Assembly (NCBI GenBank): GCA_043820105.1
Contig: JBDREC010000095.1
Coordinates: 28,898-92,897 of the forward strand
Reading direction: 5' to 3'
Source: Pseudomonadota bacterium
GTDB lineage: Bacteria; Bdellovibrionota_F; JAHFAK01; JBDREC01
DNA: 64,000 nt
Shown: positions 57,074 through 64,000 of the stretch, piece after piece
Numbering within the stretch: position 1 is the first letter of the stretch
Layout: each line of letters starts with the position of its first letter
Program-made: the position numbers and the translations under genes
Notes under the pieces: generated by a model
Told to the model about the DNA's origin: nothing
Database searches by the model: none
What the model saw: only the letters and a program-made list of their open reading frames with translations

Positions 57074-57597
57074 GAAACTACCTTTCCAAGTTTCATTAAA
57101 CCGCCAGCGGAATTAATCTGCTTTTGAATATGCGAAAGTACTTTGATACTAAATGTCTTATTTGTAGTCAAATTTCTTAATTTACCTTCTTCTAAATCGA
57201 CCTCCAGCTCTTGCAAACTGTCAAACTCAGAATCTTCAATATCTGGCTTTTCTAAGATTGTAAAGGCATTATTAACAGCATTTCTATAATAAATAGCTCC
57301 ATATGACTTTGCAATAATCAGGTTTATGCCTAAGCTTTTAAAACAATCAACAGCTTGTTGCCTTGAAGAACCACAACCAAAATTTTCTCCAACCATTACA
57401 ATATCACCGGGCTTGACTAGCTCAGGAAAATTTTTATATCCATCCAGGTTTCCAAATGAATATTGGCCCATTTGAGAAAGATCTGTTATGGCTAGATGTG
57501 CATTGTGAAAGATCATATCAGTATCAATATTATCAATCAAACGGTTTTCTTTTGATTTAATTGCCCAAAGTTTACCTTTAATAATCATTTTGTACAA
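57070..57597 (-). CDS. leuD: aconitase-family hydro-lyase small subunit (3-isopropylmalate dehydratase LeuD-like)
   Basis: 175 aa. GENFGCGSSRQQAV is a swivel-domain motif. The substrate (isopropylmalate versus homoaconitate/citramalate) cannot be decided by eye. Confidence 0.7.
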
Positions 57598-58817
57598 ATC
57601 CTCCCTTCTAAGCTAGAAAAAGCGGCTGTTTCAGGGCTAACTAAATAAATTTCTCCCATACCCTGTTTGCCTTTAAAATTTCTATTTGAAGTTGACAGAG
57701 CAACTTCTTTTTCTCCTGTCATGCCAATTTGTCCGGATGCACAGCCACCACAACCTGGATTGCTTACAATGCAACCTGCATCAATTAAATCATTCATGAT
57801 CCCTTCTTTTAAAATTTTAGAAAAGACAGCTGCAGTTGATGGAACTATTTTAACCATTACAGATTCTGCCACATGATGGCCTTTAATGATTTGAGCAAAG
57901 CTTTTTATATCTTCATAACGACCATTAGTACAGGATCCTAGAAAAACCGAATCAATTCTTACAGAATCTCCACTTGCAACATCAACAACATCCGCAGGTG
58001 ATCCTGGTAAAGACATTTGAGGTTTTAGATTAGATATGTCAATATTTAGCTCTTTGACATATTCAGCGTCAGCTGCGGCTTTGATATCATTTAAATTAAA
58101 TTTCTTATTAGAAAATTTATTCATAATTTCTTGATTGGGCACAATAAATCCGATGATTCCTGCCATTTCTGTAACCATAGAACACAGAGTTATTCTTTCA
58201 GAAAGATTAAAGGAATCTAAAACATCTCCGTAAAATTCAATAGCAAGGCCAAGCCCACCGCTTGATCCAAGGTGTTTTAAAACATATAAAGTAATATCCT
58301 TTGCTGAAACATTTTCAGGTCTTTTCCCTGTAATATTTATTCTCATGCTTTTGGGAACTTGAAACCATGTTTTTCCTGATTTAAAAATATAAGCGATATC
58401 TACGTCCCCCATCCCTTGACCAAAGGCTCCAATAGCACCCAAAATATTTAAGTGACTGTCAGTCCCAACAACTGTAGATCCTGGATAGGCTATCTGTTCA
58501 TCTATCATAACATGAGAACCAATCCCTGCATCAACATCATAAAGTTTAATATTATTTTTCTTTGCAAATAACCTTACTTTATGTTGATTATTCGCATATT
58601 GAATACTGTTAGCCGGAACACAGCAGTCAAAGGTAAAAAAGGTCTTTGAAATGTCATCAAGTTTTGTTTCTCCATATTCAGCTTCATAGTTTTTTATAAC
58701 ATTTGGACCACCGAAGTCCCGAGCGCTTCTGACATCAATATCCATCCATACAATATCTGGATTATAGTCTTTTGTATGTTTGGCTATTATTTTTTCAATC
58801 ATTGTTTTTGGTTTCAT
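57585..58817 (-). CDS. leuC: aconitase-family hydro-lyase large subunit (3-isopropylmalate dehydratase LeuC-like, short archaeal-type)
   Basis: 410 aa. GTDSHLN, GSCTNGR and CGGCASGQ are the Fe-S ligand regions. Confidence 0.75.
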   Translation of the reverse strand: MKPKTMIEKIIAKHTKDYNPDIVWMDIDVRSARDFGGPNVIKNYEAEYGETKLDDISKTFFTFDCCVPANSIQYANNQHKVRLFAKKNNIKLYDVDAGIGSHVMIDEQIAYPGSTVVGTDSHLNILGAIGAFGQGMGDVDIAYIFKSGKTWFQVPKSMRINITGKRPENVSAKDITLYVLKHLGSSGGLGLAIEFYGDVLDSFNLSERITLCSMVTEMAGIIGFIVPNQEIMNKFSNKKFNLNDIKAAADAEYVKELNIDISNLKPQMSLPGSPADVVDVASGDSVRIDSVFLGSCTNGRYEDIKSFAQIIKGHHVAESVMVKIVPSTAAVFSKILKEGIMNDLIDAGCIVSNPGCGGCASGQIGMTGEKEVALSTSNRNFKGKQGMGEIYLVSPETAAFSSLEGRICTK

Positions 58818-59509
58818 AAAACTTCCTTAATTTTATTAAACGAAATTCTACCATCTCTAAGTAGCTTTAAAGAATCATTTCTTACATCAATAATGGTTGA
58901 GGGTCTTAGATCATTAAGCTCACCATCATCAATAAAGTATTTAATTTTACCAGAATAGTTTTTAATAATATCATCTCTATTCACTTTATTTGGCAGGGAG
59001 GATGGATTAGCGCTAGTAGAGGTAATGGGACCTCCAAAGGCTTCAATAATTTTTAAAAGACATGGATTTGAAGTAAAACGAATTGCAATGCCATGATCCA
59101 GTGAAATCAGTTTTGATAATCCATGATTAATGCTTTCATGAATATCAAAAATAATTGTTAAAGGTCCTGGCCAAAATTCTTCGACTATTTTTTTTGCCCT
59201 TAGTGGCATGTCATTAATCAACAATGAAAGCATTTCAAGCTTACTTATTAGAATGAGAAGTGGTTTTTTAGTTTGCCTTTCTTTAAGGGCAAATATTTTT
59301 AAATTTGCTTCAAAATTAAACGCATCTGCCCCAAGGCCATAAATAGTCTCTGTAGGATAACAAATAACTTCTCCAATTTGTAAAGCACTTACAACTTTAG
59401 ATAAATTATCATTCTTATCAATATTGTTAGCTTTAATAATTTCCAAAATATTACCTGTGAATTTACCAACAAAAAATTCAAACTCTAACTTTAGCCTTCG
59501 ACATTTCAT
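58814..59509 (-). CDS. tsaC: L-threonylcarbamoyladenylate synthase (TsaC/YrdC/Sua5 family)
   Basis: 231-aa ORF. ICYPTETIYGLGADA and TSTSANPS motifs. The start is uncertain because it overlaps the glgA end by 32 nt. Confidence 0.8.
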   Translation of the reverse strand: MKCRRLKLEFEFFVGKFTGNILEIIKANNIDKNDNLSKVVSALQIGEVICYPTETIYGLGADAFNFEANLKIFALKERQTKKPLLILISKLEMLSLLINDMPLRAKKIVEEFWPGPLTIIFDIHESINHGLSKLISLDHGIAIRFTSNPCLLKIIEAFGGPITSTSANPSSLPNKVNRDDIIKNYSGKIKYFIDDGELNDLRPSTIIDVRNDSLKLLRDGRISFNKIKEVL

Positions 59510-60932
59510 ATAATTCTATATATTTTAAGGCTGATTTTTCCCAGGAGAAGTTTTCATTCATTGCATTTTTTATTATTTGCAGAAGTTTGGTCTTATCATT
59601 ATATAAACTAATAGCCTTTGATAATGAATCATTAAAAGAATCTTTAGTCATGAGTTCAAATTTAAAACCAGTTCCTTGCAAGGTATTAAAATCACATTCT
59701 TTTATCGTATCATCTAAACCACCTGTTGCCCTGACAATAGGCAACGTGCCATATTTTAAGGCATATATTTGACTTAAACCACAAGGCTCATATTCTGACG
59801 GCATTAAGAAAAAATCAGAACCAGCAATTATTTTATGTGCCAGAGAATTTGAAAAATCAACTGCTAAGCCCATCCTATCTTTATGTTTTTCTGATATCTC
59901 ATGCAAAGAATCTTCGTATGTCTTATTCCCAATACCAAGCATTATAAAAATGGTTTTTTTCTTTAGAAGATCTGGTAAAACATCTATGATAAGCTCAACA
60001 CCTTTTTGTTTTGCAAGCCTACCAACAAAACCAAACACGGGATAATCATGATATTTTTTATCTATATTAAAACAATCTAATAGATCTTTTTTGCAAATTT
60101 GCTTTTTTTGAAAATCTTCAATCGAATAGTTAATCTTTATATAATCATCAACTTCAGGATTCCACTCGAGATAATCAGCGCCATTTAAAATTCCATGCAA
60201 ATCATTTTTTCTTTTCTGAACAATTCCATCAAGACCAGCTCCAAATTCTTTTGTTTGAATCTCCTTACAATATTTTTCAGAAACAGTATTAATAAGTGTG
60301 CTGTATACAAGCCCTGCCTTTAAAAAATTAATTTGGTCAAAAAACTCTAAACCTTCAATATTAAAAAAGCTCCAGGGCAGGTTTAAAAAATTATAATTTT
60401 CCTTAACAAATAAGCCCTGGTAAGCCAGGTTATGAATAGTAAACAATGTGGGAAGATTCGATAATTTCTTGTTTTTATTTATCTTTAGCAATAAGGGAAT
60501 TAAGCCTGTTTGCCAATCATGAAGGTGGACAATATCCGGTGAGATAATATTTGCTTCTAAAAGATTTACTGAAACCCGGTTAAAAAAAGCAAATCTTATA
60601 ATATTATCATCATAGCTTTTTTCACCATCTCCATATAGATTTACTCTATTAAATAAATCATCTTGCTCTATAAAAAAAACATTAATATTTTTATAATGAT
60701 ACTTAAGAAGCATGTAGCTGTATTCTTCTTTTCCTATTGTTAATGAATACCTTTTCTCTGATACTTTTTTGGCATCAAGGTGTTTTAATTTTATTTGTTT
60801 ATAATAAGGAAGTATTAAAGAAACTTCGTGACCAAGGCTAGCCAAAACCAGAGGAAGGACACCTGCAACATCAGCTAACCCCCCTGTTTTTGCAAACCCT
60901 GAAGCCTCTGAGGCAATTGATAATATTTTCAT
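59478..60932 (-). CDS. glgA: glycogen synthase GlgA
   Basis: 484 aa. MKILSIASEASGFAKTGGLADV N-terminus and the C-terminal SEYEPCGLSQIYALKYGTLPIVRATGGL segment. Confidence 0.95.
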   Translation of the reverse strand: MKILSIASEASGFAKTGGLADVAGVLPLVLASLGHEVSLILPYYKQIKLKHLDAKKVSEKRYSLTIGKEEYSYMLLKYHYKNINVFFIEQDDLFNRVNLYGDGEKSYDDNIIRFAFFNRVSVNLLEANIISPDIVHLHDWQTGLIPLLLKINKNKKLSNLPTLFTIHNLAYQGLFVKENYNFLNLPWSFFNIEGLEFFDQINFLKAGLVYSTLINTVSEKYCKEIQTKEFGAGLDGIVQKRKNDLHGILNGADYLEWNPEVDDYIKINYSIEDFQKKQICKKDLLDCFNIDKKYHDYPVFGFVGRLAKQKGVELIIDVLPDLLKKKTIFIMLGIGNKTYEDSLHEISEKHKDRMGLAVDFSNSLAHKIIAGSDFFLMPSEYEPCGLSQIYALKYGTLPIVRATGGLDDTIKECDFNTLQGTGFKFELMTKDSFNDSLSKAISLYNDKTKLLQIIKNAMNENFSWEKSALKYIELYEMSKAKVRV

Positions 60933-61546
60933 TTCATCCAGCCCTTGTCCTTTGCGGCTTGTTTAAATTTTTCCATTAAATCATTAGTTGGTTTTTCAGG
61001 TTTCGAATATTGGGGGGGGCTTGGGGTTTTCTTTTGGGATTTATAAGCACTCTTGGGCGATTTACTCTTTTCTTCAGAATTAGCAGAATTTGAGAAAGCC
61101 TTGTTCCCATCAACTTCTTGAGTAAGTTTTGGTTTGTAATTTTTTTTATATATATTTGTTGAATCCTGTCTTACATAACCAATTTCATCGCTGTGTTTAA
61201 AGGAAGATCCTCTGAAAAGATTTTGACTTAAGTTTTTGTTTTTGCCTACTCTATCATGGACTTTTAAAAGTTCAAAAATAGATCTTTTATCAGAACCCTG
61301 TAAGTTCCAAATCACATCACCTGGGTTTTCATTAAAAGTTAGCATGCATCCTCGAGCTCTTCTACGCCTTATATGAGATTGATCATGTTTTTTCTCATAA
61401 TAAAAAACCTGCACCTGAGTAGAATAGTATCTATAACTATCAACAAAATCAAAGCTATAGTCAGGATACATTTGTGATAGTTTTTGTGTTAAAAACCTAA
61501 ACTTTTCAGAATTATTGGATTCTTCTGGTGATTTGTTCTCTGGCAT
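60929..61546 (-). CDS. hypothetical protein with lysine/serine/proline-rich C-terminal tail
   Basis: 205 aa with no recognisable domain. It overlaps the glgA start by 4 nt and contains a C8/G8 homopolymer (61012-61019). Confidence 0.5.
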   Translation of the reverse strand: MPENKSPEESNNSEKFRFLTQKLSQMYPDYSFDFVDSYRYYSTQVQVFYYEKKHDQSHIRRRRARGCMLTFNENPGDVIWNLQGSDKRSIFELLKVHDRVGKNKNLSQNLFRGSSFKHSDEIGYVRQDSTNIYKKNYKPKLTQEVDGNKAFSNSANSEEKSKSPKSAYKSQKKTPSPPQYSKPEKPTNDLMEKFKQAAKDKGWMK

Positions 61547-61549
61547 CTT

Positions 61550-62329
61550 CTAGCCTTTCTTTTTCTTCTTTCTTTTGGCAAGAGAAATAGTTTCATTAAA
61601 ATTCTTTTTTTCATCAGGATGAACTGAACTTGCATTAATTTTCTCAATAGTCATCTCTGTTTGACCAATTTTAATAACATCTCCAGCTTGCAATACTTTG
61701 TGTGTAATTAGTTCTCCATTGACAAAAGTTCCATTAGTACTTTCTAGATCATTGATAACTGGCCTTCCAAAAGTATCAATCATCAAATCAGCGTGCCTTT
61801 TTGAAATGCTATTATCACTAAGAACTAAATCAATAATGGAATTTCTTGAATATCGCCCGATGCTTACTCCACGTTCATTAATAATAATCGAGGTCCCCTC
61901 ATCCACACCCTTTGTAACCTTAATGCGAAAAAAGAACTCCTCCTCTTCGTCTTTTTCACCTCTTATTCTATGAAAAACATCATTCACTTGTTTTTCTTCA
62001 AGTTGCTCTTTTTGAGAATCTTTATCTGTGGAGTCAACTAGAGATACAATTTCCCTATCTCTAATCAGTTTCTCAACTTCTAGTGAAGGGAGCATTTTCA
62101 AATTAATAAAATATCCAGATATAAATTCAAGATCCGAAACATAGGATGTATCTTCATCATCGGCAATTCCTACAAGCAATGTTTCGCCAAAGCTTCCCAT
62201 CTTTAGTTCAAGAGGATAGGCTTTAAGTTTTTTACTTTTTAAATAATCTATTATTGCATTTATTTTTTCATTCATAGTGGACATAGATTTAATAAAATTT
62301 TTTCGTTTGTCCATAAAAATATTAAACAA
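61550..62329 (-). CDS. FHA-domain protein with N-terminal T2SSE_N-like region
   Basis: 259 aa. The C-terminal VSIGRYSRNSIIDLVLSDNSISKRHADL...STNGTFVNGELI segment is an FHA domain. Confidence 0.75.
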   Translation of the reverse strand: MFNIFMDKRKNFIKSMSTMNEKINAIIDYLKSKKLKAYPLELKMGSFGETLLVGIADDEDTSYVSDLEFISGYFINLKMLPSLEVEKLIRDREIVSLVDSTDKDSQKEQLEEKQVNDVFHRIRGEKDEEEEFFFRIKVTKGVDEGTSIIINERGVSIGRYSRNSIIDLVLSDNSISKRHADLMIDTFGRPVINDLESTNGTFVNGELITHKVLQAGDVIKIGQTEMTIEKINASSVHPDEKKNFNETISLAKRKKKKKG

Positions 62330-62384
62330 ATCATCTGTTTGACAATTAATATTTTAATTATTATTAGATTGAAACATCTAATTA

Positions 62385-62412
62385 AGTTGCAGGTTGCTAG
62401 TTGCTTGTGCTT
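62385..62412. repeat. AGTTGCA/GGTTGCT heptamer array
   Basis: AGTTGCA GGTTGCT AGTTGCT TGTGCTT. It shares 14 nt with 32922-32942. Confidence 0.8.
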
Positions 62413-62463
62413 TTTATACTAGTAAATAAAACATACAGCATACCACTTATTTAAAAGGAGAAA

Positions 62464-63666
62464 ATGATGAATTCAAAAGAAACAATTGATATTACAGAAA
62501 AATATAGTGCCCATAACTACCACCCCCTTCCTATTGTTATCGCAAGAGCTGAAGGTATTTGGGTTTGGGATCCAGAGGGTAACAAATATCTGGATATGCT
62601 CTCTGCATATTCTGCAGTTTCACATGGTCACAGACACCCGAGAATCATTAAGGCCTTAAAAGATCAAGCGGATAAAGTTACCCTTGCAAGCAGAGCTTTC
62701 CATACAGAGACTTTTGGACCTTTCGCTAAAATGCTATGTGAACTTTGTGACATGGAAATGGTCCTTCCCATGAACACTGGAGCTGAAGCCGTAGAAACAG
62801 CAATCAAGGCTGCCAGAAAATGGGGATATTTGAAAAAGCATGTGCAATCAGACAAAGCTGAAATCATTGTCTGTGAAGGCAATTTCCATGGAAGAACAAC
62901 TACAGTCGTTTCATTTTCCTCTGATAAACAATACAAAGAAGGCTTCGGACCTTTTACTCCTGGATTTAAAATAATTCCTTATGGTGATAGCCAGGCTCTG
63001 GAAAATGCAATTAATGAAAACACAGTAGCTTTCTTAGTTGAACCCATTCAAGGAGAAGCTGGAATAGTAATACCACCAGATGGTTACCTGACAAAGGCAC
63101 GTGAATTATGCACAAAAAACAATGTCTTATTAATGTGTGATGAAATTCAAACTGGCCTAGGTAGAACAGGTCGCGTATTTGCATCAGATCATGAAAATGT
63201 TAAACCTGATGTTTACATTTTGGGCAAAACCTTAGGTGGTGGGGTTTTCCCTGTTTCAGCTGTTGTTGCAAATAAAAATGTGTTAGATGTTTTTACGCCA
63301 GGAGATCATGGAAGTACATTTGGTGGAAATCCTCTGGGTTGCGCAGTAGCAATGGAAGCACTCTTAGTATTAAAGGAAGAACAACTAACAGCCAGATCAG
63401 AGGAAATGGGTAATTACCTAATGAATAAGCTAAATGAAATTGACTCTCCTTATGTTGATCACATTAGAGGCAAAGGTCTGTTTATTGGAGTAGTACTTAA
63501 AGAATCTGCAGGTGGCGCAAGAAGATTCTGTGAAGCCTTAAAAGAAGCTGGAATTCTTTGCAAAGAAACACATGAGAATGTAATTAGATTTGCTCCTCCT
63601 TTGATAATTGAAAAAGAAGATTTAGATACTGCAATTGAAAAAGTGAAAAAGGTTTTATCTGAATAA
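62464..63666 (+). CDS. rocD: ornithine--oxo-acid aminotransferase
   Basis: 400 aa. [34 protein letters not shown] and [11 protein letters not shown] match the class-III PLP aminotransferase OAT pattern. Confidence 0.85.
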   Translation: MMNSKETIDITEKYSAHNYHPLPIVIARAEGIWVWDPEGNKYLDMLSAYSAVSHGHRHPRIIKALKDQADKVTLASRAFHTETFGPFAKMLCELCDMEMVLPMNTGAEAVETAIKAARKWGYLKKHVQSDKAEIIVCEGNFHGRTTTVVSFSSDKQYKEGFGPFTPGFKIIPYGDSQALENAINENTVAFLVEPIQGEAGIVIPPDGYLTKARELCTKNNVLLMCDEIQTGLGRTGRVFASDHENVKPDVYILGKTLGGGVFPVSAVVANKNVLDVFTPGDHGSTFGGNPLGCAVAMEALLVLKEEQLTARSEEMGNYLMNKLNEIDSPYVDHIRGKGLFIGVVLKESAGGARRFCEALKEAGILCKETHENVIRFAPPLIIEKEDLDTAIEKVKKVLSE

Positions 63667-63700
63667 TCTTATCCATTACCAAAACCTCATTAATTTTTTA

Positions 63701-63739
63701 AATCTTTAATTTTGAATCTTGAATTTTAAATTTTGAATT
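63701..63739. repeat. inverted copy of the AATTCAA-type heptamer array
   Basis: Its reverse complement, AATTCAAAATTTAAAATTCAAGATTCAAAATTAAAGATT, matches 4822-4860 at 33 of the first 34 nt. Confidence 0.85.
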
Positions 63740-64000
63740 ATTTTTTACATGCTCTTCTTCTTTGCCGGAATCTTTTTAAAAAACCTCTTTTTTCTATTAC
63801 CATATCACGAGAAATTTCGGCACATGCTAATTTAATCCAAACCCTAATATTTGAAGCAACCTCTTCATCAATAGCTATTGACAGACCCTCACATTCAACA
63901 ACAAATGTAGGGTATTTCTGGTGAAGCTTAATGTCAGCACCTGGCCTTATCTGCAAGCCATCAAGCCTATGCATTTGCTTGTCGTCCTTAACCTGAATAT
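63738..64000 (-). CDS. hypothetical protein, partial (reading frame stays open to the window edge)
   Basis: The frame stays open upstream of Met 63974 (..IQVKDDKQMHRLDGLQIRPG..). The C-terminus is basic (KRFRQRRRACKK). No domain recognised. Confidence 0.35.
   Translation of the reverse strand, partial: IQVKDDKQMHRLDGLQIRPGADIKLHQKYPTFVVECEGLSIAIDEEVASNIRVWIKLACAEISRDMVIEKRGFLKRFRQRRRACKK

Overview
This is a strongly AT-rich (about one-third G+C by eye, not computed), densely coding chromosomal segment. It comes from a diderm bacterium (lipoproteins, MltA, sigma-54 promoters, hyp genes); the lineage cannot be assigned from sequence alone.

Core blocks:
- A minus-strand division/cell-wall cluster, mraZ-rsmH-ftsL-ftsI-murF-mraY-ftsW-murG-murB-ftsQ-ftsA-ftsZ (41.7-54.3 kb). 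murE, murD, murC and ddl are absent from it. A B12/radical-SAM gene and RNase J follow.
- A hydrogenase-maturation operon, hypA(short)-B-F-C-D-E (32.7-38.3 kb).
- A tightly overlapped minus-strand operon: FHA protein, unknown, glgA, tsaC, leuC-like, leuD-like, exported protein, eno (54.7-62.3 kb).
- Scattered housekeeping genes: trmL, pcm, mltA, pncC, nifU, rocD, tRNA-Pro.
- A signalling neighbourhood: a hybrid histidine kinase, two stand-alone cNMP-binding proteins, two FHA proteins and a 67-aa MshEN-like protein.

The accessory part lies at 4.9-15 kb. It holds an HTH-MNT/HEPN toxin-antitoxin pair and a 1,172-aa Sec-signal protein ending in an R-S-E ADP-ribosyltransferase toxin domain. It also holds a decayed ATPase gene, larB-larC, an intact DUF4143-type ATPase and a frame-broken mini-paralog of the toxin gene.

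Two window-wide sequence signals stand out:
1. At least twelve intergenic arrays of 7-nt-phased tandem repeats in five sequence flavours. Several form long hairpins and several supply the stop codon of the adjacent gene.
2. Three consensus sigma-54 promoters, plus one near-consensus site in front of the toxin gene.

No rRNA, CRISPR array, transposase or integrase was seen.
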